DNA from: Acidobacteriota bacterium | Lineage (GTDB): Bacteria > Acidobacteriota > Thermoanaerobaculia > Thermoanaerobaculales > Sulfomarinibacteraceae | DNA: 49,429 bases | Reading direction: 5' to 3' | NCBI GenBank assembly: GCA_033791425.1 | Contig: JASJGQ010000356.1 | Coordinates: 1 to 49,429, forward strand | Part shown: piece by piece, positions 8,962-16,264 of the stretch | Layout: each line of letters begins with the position of its first letter | How positions within the stretch are numbered: position 1 is the stretch's first letter | Position numbers and translations under genes: made by a program | The notes under the pieces: generated by a model | The model's database searches: none | Told to the model about the DNA's origin: nothing | The model's input: only the letters and a program-made list of their open reading frames with translations

Positions 8962-10428
8962 CTATGAGCCCTCACCGTCCGGACGCACCGCTACCACGTC
9001 ACCGCCGAGAATCCTCGTGGCAAGGACCACCCCCGGGTCGGCCTTGGCGACGGTCAGGAGGTCATCCGTACCGACCGGCGCCGGTTCGTTCTGCCGTTGA
9101 CTCTCCGGCTCGTGTTCGTTCTCGTTCTCGAGCGCGTTCTCGGGCTCGTCGGGCTCCTCCGTCTCGGTCGGCGAAGGTTTCGATGCTCGAGGGGAGGCCG
9201 CGGTCGCCTTCCGCGAAGGTGGCGTCTTGGCCGCCGATGGTCCTGCACCCCCTCCGGAAATCGGCGTCGAACCTGTTTCCGGTCCGGGCCCGCCATCGGG
9301 CGGCACCTGACCGGAACCGGCGAGCCACGCCTCCAGTTGCTGCACGGAGGGCCACCGGGCAAGCCGCATGGCCGCCACCTCGAGAGCCAGTTCGCGGTTG
9401 CTCGCGTCCTTGACCAGAAGGTCGTGTTCCAGCCACAGACCGAGCATCCGGGTCAAGGCGTCGGCGCCACACGCTTCAGAGATCGGTTGCAGCCGCTCGA
9501 GTTGCGCTTCGGAGAGCGTCGGGACGAGCGCCGGATCAAGAGCCAGATACACAAGGGTCCGCAGAGTCCGTCCCATCTCCTGGTACAGAATCGACGGGTC
9601 CTGGCCGGAAGCGAGCTGCTCCCGCAACCCGGCGAGACCGGCCGCCGTTTCGCCCGCGGCCAGAATCTCGATGAGCCGCGCCGTAACCTCCAACGGCGGC
9701 ACACCGAGCACCTTCGCCACGGCCTCGTCGTCCACCTCGTCGGCCGTGAACGCGCGCAGCTGGTCGAGCAATGACAGTGCGTCGCGAACCGAGCCCTCTG
9801 CAGCCCCGGCGATCGCCGCAGCCGCGGATGGCGTCAGCGAGAAGCTCTCGGCCGATGCGATCTCTTCGAGACGATCCCGAATGAGGTCGGTTCCGACCGG
9901 ACGGAAATCGAGCTGTTGACAGCGCGAGAGAATGGTGTCGGGGACCTTGATGCGTTCGGTGGTTGCAAAGATCCACACGATATAGGGCGGGGGCTCTTCC
10001 AGGCTTTTGAGCAGGGCATTGAACGCCTCGCGCGTGAGCATGTGGACCTCGTCGATGATGATGACCCGGTATCGATCGCGCGTCGGATGAAATTTCAACA
10101 GTTCCCGAAGTTCCCGGACATCGTCGATGCCGCGATTGGAAGCTCCATCGATCTCGATGACATCGATACTCGACCCGTCCGCGATCTCGCGGCACGACTC
10201 ACAGACACCGCAGGGCTCCGCGGTTGGTCCGTCGGTGCAGTTCACCGCCTTGGCGAGCAGCCGCGCGACGGTGGTCTTGCCGACGCCGCGCAGCCCGGAA
10301 AACATGTAGGCCTGGCCAAACGTGCCTGACGTGAGCGCATTGGAGAGCGTCTGCACTGCGGCTTCCTGGCCGAGGAGGTCGGCAAAGCGCTGCGGGCGCC
10401 ACGAGCGCGCGAGAACCTGATAGGTCAT
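8962..10428 (-). CDS. dnaX: DNA polymerase III subunit gamma/tau
   Basis: YQVLARSWRPQRFADLLGQE, GLRGVGKTTVARLLAKAVNC, CGVCESCREI, VIIIDEVHMLT, ILSRCQQLDF. Pro/Glu-rich linker and a short conserved C-terminal tail. Confidence 0.92.
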   Translation of the reverse strand: MTYQVLARSWRPQRFADLLGQEAAVQTLSNALTSGTFGQAYMFSGLRGVGKTTVARLLAKAVNCTDGPTAEPCGVCESCREIADGSSIDVIEIDGASNRGIDDVRELRELLKFHPTRDRYRVIIIDEVHMLTREAFNALLKSLEEPPPYIVWIFATTERIKVPDTILSRCQQLDFRPVGTDLIRDRLEEIASAESFSLTPSAAAAIAGAAEGSVRDALSLLDQLRAFTADEVDDEAVAKVLGVPPLEVTARLIEILAAGETAAGLAGLREQLASGQDPSILYQEMGRTLRTLVYLALDPALVPTLSEAQLERLQPISEACGADALTRMLGLWLEHDLLVKDASNRELALEVAAMRLARWPSVQQLEAWLAGSGQVPPDGGPGPETGSTPISGGGAGPSAAKTPPSRKATAASPRASKPSPTETEEPDEPENALENENEHEPESQRQNEPAPVGTDDLLTVAKADPGVVLATRILGGDVVAVRPDGEGS

Positions 10429-10661
10429 CAGGGCATCTTAGCCGATCTCGGGAACAAATCCTCGGCCGCACCCGGGTCCGAGCCTGCGCGGGAGATCGCC
10501 GCGTACCGGGCGGGTCGGTTGGCTCGCCATAGAAAACCAAACCCAGCCATCGCTCCGCCGTATGTCCGATAGGCGTGATCGGCGACACAAGAAGGTGAGA
10601 AGTCAGGAATCTGCTATCGTAACCAACTGTTGAACTCATTGACTGGTACCTGGGAGGTCTC

Positions 10662-11810
10662 ATGAACGCAAGCAAAACCGTCATCTTCTGCCTCGGGCTC
10701 TTGATCGCAGCCTCGACGGCGCTGGCCATCGCTCCGAGCGACGATCTTTTGATCGCCGGCGCGGCGCGGACCAATAAGTGGCACGCCGATCTCTACATCA
10801 ACAACGCCGGTTTGACCACGGTGTCGGTGGACGTACTGTGGCTCGAACGCGATCAGGCCAACCCCAGCCCGACATCGCAGAGCTTCAGCATCGGCCCCGA
10901 CGACACGCTGATCCTCGAGGATGTTCTGAAGAACAACTTCGGGTTCAACAGCGCCGCGGGCGCCTTCAGGATCACCACCACCGGTGGCGAGGTCACGGCC
11001 AACCTCATCGTCTTCACCGGCTTCAACGACCCGGTGGGCGGCACGTACGGCTCCGGTTTTGAGGCCATTCCAGCCTCGGCTGCCACCGGCGCCGGCGAGT
11101 CCACCACCGTCATGGGTCTGGCCTCGGACAGCTCCTTCTACACCAACATCTTTGCGACGGCAGGGGCGAACGGCGTGACCATGGATCTGGATCTTCTCGA
11201 TCCGAACGGCAATGTGCTCGATACCGCGCAGGTCATCCTGGAAGCCTATGAACCGTGGCTGTCCTTCCGGACCGACCTCTGGGATGTCTCGAACTACGAA
11301 AACGGAACCCTCCTAGCGCGGGTATCCGCCGGCTCGGCGGCGATCCTCGGTTCGAAGACCGACGAGGCGAGCGGCGACCCGACAACGCTCGAGTCGTCCT
11401 TTGGCGCCGGCGCCGGCTCGGCGGACGGGACCTACCAATTCGCGGTCTACGACAGCCTCGCCTTTGCCTCGGGCGGCAACCTCACGATTGCGGACGATGT
11501 TGTTGAAGCGATCAACGGCACCTACTTCAACTTTGACAAGGTGGACGGCGGCGGTGACTCCGAGTGCACTTTGATCTTCCTCTGGGGCGTCGACCTCAAC
11601 CCGACCGATGTCGACGATTTTGCCTCCGGCGTCACCTTCACCGACACCTATCCGGACGGCGGCGAAATGACCTGGACCCTGACCTTCAGCATCGACGACA
11701 ACCTCGGCTTTGCGGGCTCGCTGGCCGCCGTGGGCGCCAACTTCACCGACGCCGATACCGGCTGCAACGGGAACTTCCCGACGCTCACCATCGAGGGTGG
11801 CAAGCAGTAG
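10662..11810 (+). CDS. Secreted protein of unknown function (signal peptide; Thr/Gly/Asp/Asn-rich, two-domain)
   Basis: GGGAGG 5 nt upstream of the ATG. Signal peptide MNASKTVIFCLGLLIAASTALA. No further TM segment and no catalytic motif I recognise. Coding-like GC3. Confidence 0.8.
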   Translation: MNASKTVIFCLGLLIAASTALAIAPSDDLLIAGAARTNKWHADLYINNAGLTTVSVDVLWLERDQANPSPTSQSFSIGPDDTLILEDVLKNNFGFNSAAGAFRITTTGGEVTANLIVFTGFNDPVGGTYGSGFEAIPASAATGAGESTTVMGLASDSSFYTNIFATAGANGVTMDLDLLDPNGNVLDTAQVILEAYEPWLSFRTDLWDVSNYENGTLLARVSAGSAAILGSKTDEASGDPTTLESSFGAGAGSADGTYQFAVYDSLAFASGGNLTIADDVVEAINGTYFNFDKVDGGGDSECTLIFLWGVDLNPTDVDDFASGVTFTDTYPDGGEMTWTLTFSIDDNLGFAGSLAAVGANFTDADTGCNGNFPTLTIEGGKQ

Positions 11811-11834
11811 TTCAGCGGATTTGATGCAGATGAT

Positions 11835-11862
11835 CGAGGGCCGTCCGCAGGGGCGGCCCTCG
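11835..11862. terminator. Hairpin between convergent genes (candidate bidirectional terminator)
   Basis: CGAGGGCCG (11835-11843) pairs with CGGCCCTCG (11854-11862) across a 10-nt loop. It lies between the stop at 11810 (+) and the stop at 11863 (-). The trailing U-tract is weak. Confidence 0.5.
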
Positions 11863-13152
11863 CTATTTGCGCACCTGCCCTTGTTCTCCGGCAGCGAGAA
11901 TGGCGCGCTCCCACAAGATCGGACCGACGAGCTGGTTGACCACGACCGCAGCGACGACCAGGGTCGCAACAGTCGACCCGATACCGGGAATCTCCCTCTG
12001 GATTCGGGCGGCCAAGCCCAGCGACAGGCCGGCCTGGGCCACGAAGCCCATCCACCCGAATCGCACCATGTGCCGACCGGAACCCGCGGCGGATGCCGGA
12101 AACCCGGTCATCAGCCACACACCGACCCCCCGCACCAACACGTAGATCAGCGCGGGCAACCACAATGCGGCAAAGATCCGGATGTTCAGGCCGGCGCCGA
12201 TCAGGGCGAAGAACACAACGTAGACCGGAGTCGAGGACTGCTCCAGGGCGTCCAGAAAATGACCGGCCGCGCGCGGGTAGAGGTTTCGCGCCGTAAAACC
12301 GGCCGCCATGCACACCAGCAGATGCTCCATCCACGACTGGTGCGCGAGTTCAGCTGACGCCAGGGCGAGCGCAAGCACGGTGAGTGGGACCAGTCTCCCG
12401 ACCTTGGCGATATACAGACCCAGCATGGTCCCCAGAACAGCCCCGGCGAGCAGCGAACCGAGGATCTCGAGACCCACATGCACCAGATCGCCGAGATCCG
12501 GGGCGCCACCGAAGAGCAGCGACAGGGCCATGGTGTTGACCAGCGTGAAGAGCAAGAGGATGACCAGATCCTTGATGATGGTGACCGAGAGAACCGTCTC
12601 CACCATCTCTCCGCGGGCGCGCAATTCGGCGATGACTGCGATCGTGGTGGAGGGCGACACGGCGACGGCGATGACGCCGAGGAGGGCCACCGCCGCGAAG
12701 GTCTCAGCAGGCGTTACAGACCCGAGAAAGGGCACCACCTTAAGCACCAGCCACAGGCCCCCTGCTACGAGAACCAGGATGCCGACGGTGTGAGCGGCAG
12801 TGAGGGCCAGCAACGGGCGAAGGCGGCGGCGAACAGTCTTGAGTCGGAACTCTCCGCCGGCGGTGAGGGCGATCAGGCCCAGGGCGAGCTCCTCGAAAAT
12901 CCTCAGGAGTTGGGCATCCCGGGCGGTTTCGAGACCCAGAGCGTGGGGTCCGGCCACCATTCCCAACACCAGATACCCGGTGATGCGCGGCGCCCGAAAG
13001 CGCACCGCGAGCTCTCCAGCGAGCACGCCACCGATGATCAAAATCCCGAGGCTGAGGAGGGCTGAGCCTACCGGATCGCTGACCGTGGCGTCTCCCAACA
13101 TCCGTGCCGCCCAGCTGAATGCCGCCAGCACGAGAAACAGAAACCACCTCAC
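11863..13152 (-). CDS. Cation:proton antiporter (CPA2 / Na_H_Exchanger-type), copy 2
   Basis: Polytopic membrane protein. GYLVLGMVAGPHALGL and ALGLIALTAGGEF are Kef/CPA2-like. Start set to in-frame GTG 13152 (GTGA overlap with the upstream stop) rather than ORF-track 13200. No RCK/TrkA domain. Confidence 0.75.
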   Translation of the reverse strand: MRWFLFLVLAAFSWAARMLGDATVSDPVGSALLSLGILIIGGVLAGELAVRFRAPRITGYLVLGMVAGPHALGLETARDAQLLRIFEELALGLIALTAGGEFRLKTVRRRLRPLLALTAAHTVGILVLVAGGLWLVLKVVPFLGSVTPAETFAAVALLGVIAVAVSPSTTIAVIAELRARGEMVETVLSVTIIKDLVILLLFTLVNTMALSLLFGGAPDLGDLVHVGLEILGSLLAGAVLGTMLGLYIAKVGRLVPLTVLALALASAELAHQSWMEHLLVCMAAGFTARNLYPRAAGHFLDALEQSSTPVYVVFFALIGAGLNIRIFAALWLPALIYVLVRGVGVWLMTGFPASAAGSGRHMVRFGWMGFVAQAGLSLGLAARIQREIPGIGSTVATLVVAAVVVNQLVGPILWERAILAAGEQGQVRK

Positions 13153-14327
13153 GGTGACGCCCCTTCGGGCGGCGCGAAGAGCCGGCGCCGCATCCACCAT
13201 CCACTGGCGAAGTTGCTTACGAGCACCGCCGCCACGACGGCCTCCAGCACACCCTCCGTCGCCGGGAAGAAGCTGACGATGGCTACGGTCAGCCCCAGGG
13301 AAAGCTCACCCTGGGGCAAGAGCCCGCACCCTACCCAGCGCGTGCGCAGGACCTCACCGTGGGCTCGAGCCACGCGGGCGAGACCCGCGCCGGCGGCAAC
13401 CGCCGCCACTGCCCGGACCAGGGTCATCAGGCAGAAGACCCTCACCGAGAAGGCAGCAGAGCTCCACGACGCCCCGACCAGAACCAGAAGCGCTACCAGG
13501 ATCGGCCGTTCCAGCGAGTGTGCGACCCGCAGCATGCGGTGCGGAAACACGCACCGATTGACGAGGACCGCCCCCGCAATTGCCGCGGCCGGCATGGGGT
13601 TGAGACCGAGCACTGCCGTAGCCCCGGACGCCAGGCACATGCTGCCGATAGCGAGGGTGAGAAGCTGCATGTGGTCGGTCACGCCGCGAATGAGCACCAC
13701 CACCGCATAGCCCACGAGGGTTCCGATGGCTGCCGTGAACAGCAAGAGTTCGAAGGCCGCCAGCTCACCGCCTCGTGCGGTGGCTAGAGGGCTCGCAAGG
13801 GCCGTGGCAACCGCGAAGACCAATACCGCCGGAATGCCGGCAAAGGCCATCACCAGCTTGAGCATACGGATCGTGCTGCGGTCGATCGCTCGCCGGCCGC
13901 GGGCCAGCCCTTCGAGGGCGCTCGGCGAGCTCGCCATCGCCACCGCCCCCAAGCCCAGAGCCAGTGCCGGCGCAATGCCCAGAACCACGCCCGCCAGAAT
14001 CACGGGAGCCGCCACGGCCACCGGTGTCAAAAGCCCGACCCACCGGTGCCACGGAGCCAGCCGCCGGATGATGCGGAACTCAGCCTGAAGACCAAAAACC
14101 AGACCGATCCAAGCCAGACCAAAGAGAACCACCACCCTGAGCGCGGCCACGAGATCGTCCGGAAAGAACCCGAGTGCGCGCCCTCCGAGGAGAAACCCGA
14201 CGGCAAGAAAGGACAGACCCTCCATTCCGGGCGCGCGAACGCCGCGTCGCGCCAGGGCAGAGCGCAGCTCGGCTCCAATCACCGCACATGCCACGAGAAC
14301 CAGGAATGCCACCGTACCGCGAAGCAT
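13149..14327 (-). CDS. Cation:proton antiporter (CPA2 / Na_H_Exchanger-type), copy 1
   Basis: 392-aa polytopic membrane protein. LSFLAVGFLLGGRALGFF and FGLAWIGLVFGLQAEF. It is a paralogue of the downstream gene. No RCK/TrkA domain. Confidence 0.7.
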   Translation of the reverse strand: MLRGTVAFLVLVACAVIGAELRSALARRGVRAPGMEGLSFLAVGFLLGGRALGFFPDDLVAALRVVVLFGLAWIGLVFGLQAEFRIIRRLAPWHRWVGLLTPVAVAAPVILAGVVLGIAPALALGLGAVAMASSPSALEGLARGRRAIDRSTIRMLKLVMAFAGIPAVLVFAVATALASPLATARGGELAAFELLLFTAAIGTLVGYAVVVLIRGVTDHMQLLTLAIGSMCLASGATAVLGLNPMPAAAIAGAVLVNRCVFPHRMLRVAHSLERPILVALLVLVGASWSSAAFSVRVFCLMTLVRAVAAVAAGAGLARVARAHGEVLRTRWVGCGLLPQGELSLGLTVAIVSFFPATEGVLEAVVAAVLVSNFASGWWMRRRLFAPPEGASP

Positions 14328-14373
14328 GCTTCAGTCTACTGTGCGCCGGCCGCCGTCCCGCGGCTTACGGGAC

Positions 14374-14706
14374 TCAAAAATGGCGGATTGCGGAAACCGG
14401 TATCAACATCACCATGTTGACACCCTCGCCCTCATTGCGGGGGCTTTCCTCGAGCCGGCTGACCGCGGCAAGGGCCTCTTCAGCAAGCCGATCATCTTCG
14501 ATGACACACACGATAAGGCTCGAAAAATCGATCCCCGAGGGAATCAGGGACCGCAATCCGGCGAAGATCGGCAGGTCACGTTCGAGGAGCTCGAGACCGC
14601 TTCGGCTCTCAACCACCACCGCGTCCGGGGCTTCAAGCTCCACCAGCGTCGACAGGACCTCGTCGAGCAACTCCTCGCGGTGGAGGATGGCGAGAAGAAG
14701 CTGCAC
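14374..14706 (-). CDS. PII-like (GlnB-fold-like) small regulatory protein, 110 aa
   Basis: MQLLLAILHREELLDEVLSTLVELEAPDAVVVESRSG...SSLIVCVIEDDRLAEEALAAVSRL...GVNMVMLIPVSAIRHF has the beta-alpha-beta-beta-alpha-beta spacing of PII proteins. It lacks the GlnB T-loop signature. The GTG start directly abuts the upstream TGA. Confidence 0.55.
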   Translation of the reverse strand: MQLLLAILHREELLDEVLSTLVELEAPDAVVVESRSGLELLERDLPIFAGLRSLIPSGIDFSSLIVCVIEDDRLAEEALAAVSRLEESPRNEGEGVNMVMLIPVSAIRHF

Positions 14707-15165
14707 TCACGCCCCCTCGAGATCTTCAAGGGCGGCAACGAAGGCCTGACCGTCAGTCGCAGTTATGAGCGGTTCGAGCGCCGCCCGACGTCGCGCGAGG
14801 CGCGCGAGGCGCGCGAGACCCGCAAGATGATCGGCTGTGGTGTTGGCGTCACCCAGAAGACAGAAGACGAGCTGCACCGGCTGGTCATCGAGCGCCGGGT
14901 AGTCGAGACCATCCGGGTGGTTCGAGGCCGCCATCACCAACCGGCCGAGACCCGGAAGCTGGGCGTGAGGAACAGCAACGCCGCCGCCGATTCCGGTGGA
15001 GAGTATCGCCTCCCGCTCCATCAGACGTTGCACCACCTCTTCCGCAGATGTGACGAGGCCGGCGTTGGCGAACAATTCGCCAAAGCGCTGGAACAGACCG
15101 TCGCGGTCCGCAACGTCAGGGGACACGAGTACCATTTCAGGATCGAGTTTCTGGGAAAGACGCAC
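14707..15165 (-). CDS. PTS EIIA-2 (PtsN / EIIA-Ntr-like) domain protein
   Basis: 152 aa. The N-terminal L..L....V.V.....D fits the PtsN pattern. TGIGGGVAVPHAQL carries the phosphorylatable His context. VQLVFCLLGD. GTG start. Confidence 0.8.
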   Translation of the reverse strand: MRLSQKLDPEMVLVSPDVADRDGLFQRFGELFANAGLVTSAEEVVQRLMEREAILSTGIGGGVAVPHAQLPGLGRLVMAASNHPDGLDYPALDDQPVQLVFCLLGDANTTADHLAGLARLARLARRRAALEPLITATDGQAFVAALEDLEGA

Positions 15166-15261
15166 ACCTCACCTCATTCATTGAGATCGCTCGCAACCCG
15201 CACAAGCGAACTCTACCACCGGCGCACCGGTCCGTGTTGGAGTTGGAGTCGGACCGACTTT

Positions 15262-15681
15262 TTAGAAACGGTCGGCGAACTCGCTGATTCCCGGAATCAT
15301 GAAGCGTTGCCCGTTCAGACCCTTGACGATGCAGATAATCGTCACTACAAAAGCTGCAAACCAGAGACCGAGCCACAACAGACCGGTGATGCAGCCGACG
15401 CCTGGAATCATGGAGGCCAACGCGAGTGCCATAGAAAGTGCAATGACGGCCACAAAAATAACCAGACCGTGCTTGGCGTGCCATTGCACCTCGCTGTCGT
15501 CCTTCTCAACCAACAGGGGGATGAGGGCCAGCAAACCGAGATATGAGAGGACGATCATGATTTTGCGGTTATCGGAAACGCCCCCCGCCGGAGGGCCCGC
15601 CGGTTCAGTCGGTGGTGTCGGGGCGGCAGGTGGCGGCGGTGGAGGCGAAGCGTTGCTCGGCGTTTGCGGAGTCTCGTCCAT
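15262..15681 (-). CDS. DUF4870-like small membrane protein with Pro-rich N-terminus
   Basis: IMIVLSYLGLLALIPLLVEKDDSEVQWHAKHGLVIF followed by two more TM helices. This motif is typical of DUF4870 family members as I recall them. Confidence 0.7.
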   Translation of the reverse strand: MDETPQTPSNASPPPPPPAAPTPPTEPAGPPAGGVSDNRKIMIVLSYLGLLALIPLLVEKDDSEVQWHAKHGLVIFVAVIALSMALALASMIPGVGCITGLLWLGLWFAAFVVTIICIVKGLNGQRFMIPGISEFADRF

Positions 15682-15807
15682 GATTCGGTCTCCCTTCCTC
15701 GTGTCGAGCTCGTGAATTCGTTCTCGATCTGTCGAGACATTCTACCTGACACCACGAGCGAAAGACATGGCCCAGAAGCCACGGCTTCCTACTCGCCGCG
15801 TTTCCCG

Positions 15808-16024
15808 ATTTCCGCGCACCAGGATGGGCCGGGGTCGTGACGCCCGCCTCGCGCGAAAAAGCGCAGGCATACTCAGAGTCTGTTGAGCATTTGCCGAGTT
15901 GTGTATTTCCGTCGCTTCTCCCCCCACGAAATCAGGCAATTCCGCGAGCCAAGATGGGCCGAGATCGTGACGTCCTGATGGTGGGCCAAAGCACAGCCAT
16001 ACTCTGATGTATGGTGAGCATTTG
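15808..16024. repeat. Imperfect tandem duplication, two units of about 86 nt with a 130/131-nt period
   Basis: Unit 1 (15808-15893) and unit 2 (15938-16024) share ..TTCCGCG..GATGGGCC..TCGTGACG..CATACTC..GTGAGCATTTG. They are roughly 70 percent identical by my hand alignment. Confidence 0.85.
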
Positions 16025-16095
16025 GTCCGCCGTCAGGGCGCGCGAGATCGGTTCAGATTGACGCGGAATTGCCTGATTTCGTGGGGGGAGAAGCG
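15913..16095. repeat. Perfect 34-bp inverted repeat (arms 15913-15946 and 16062-16095) around a 115-nt spacer
   Basis: The left arm CGCTTCTCCCCCCACGAAATCAGGCAATTCCGCG is the exact reverse complement of the right arm CGCGGAATTGCCTGATTTCGTGGGGGGAGAAGCG. The right arm ends one nucleotide before the CCA end of tRNA-Glu. Confidence 0.95.
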
Positions 16096-16171
16096 TGGTA
16101 GCCCGTACGGGATTCGAACCCGTGTTACCGGCGTGAGAGGCCAGCGTCCTAGACCCCTAGACGAACGGGCC
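16096..16171 (-). tRNA. tRNA-Glu (anticodon CUC)
   Basis: Minus strand: GGCCCGUUCGUCUAGGGGUCUAGGACGCUGGCCUCUCACGCCGGUAACACGGGUUCGAAUCCCGUACGGGCUACCA. Cloverleaf folded by hand. Anticodon loop CUCUCAC, GUUCGAAUC T-loop, encoded CCA. Confidence 0.9.
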
Positions 16172-16183
16172 ACGCAGCGACGA

Positions 16184-16212
16184 AATTTAGCATACGGAAT
16201 GTCAAGGTGCAA
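16184..16212 (-). promoter_or_regulatory. Candidate sigma70-type promoter for tRNA-Glu
   Basis: Minus strand: TTGCAC, 17 nt, TAAATT, ending 12 nt upstream of the tRNA 5' end. Pattern match only. Confidence 0.35.
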
Positions 16213-16264
16213 GCTTGTCTCATCTGCTATACTTCCGGGCCATTCCGATCACTTGGAGGAACAC

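Noticed and set aside
10429-10661. SRP (4.5S) RNA gene expected upstream of dnaX, as in many bacteria
   Set aside because: Neither strand contains the conserved helix-8 motif (GGUCC GGAA GGAAGCAGCC-like with a GNRA loop). Only small unrelated hairpins are present. Decisive test: cmsearch with the Rfam bacterial small SRP model.
14793-14819. Three tandem 9-nt units GCGCGAGGC GCGCGAGGC GCGCGAGAC
   Set aside because: They lie inside the EIIA-like coding sequence and simply encode (LAR)x3 in a helix-like segment on the minus strand. This is a short in-frame coding microsatellite, not a regulatory or CRISPR-like repeat.
15742-15939. 65-aa minus-strand ORF and mini-ORFs (MGRGRDARLARKSAGILRVC / MGRDRDVLMVGQSTAIL) inside the tandem-duplicated region upstream of tRNA-Glu
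   Set aside because: None has an SD. The similarity between the mini-ORFs just mirrors the nucleotide duplication. The 65-aa translation is Arg-rich and non-protein-like. I treat the region as non-coding repeat DNA.
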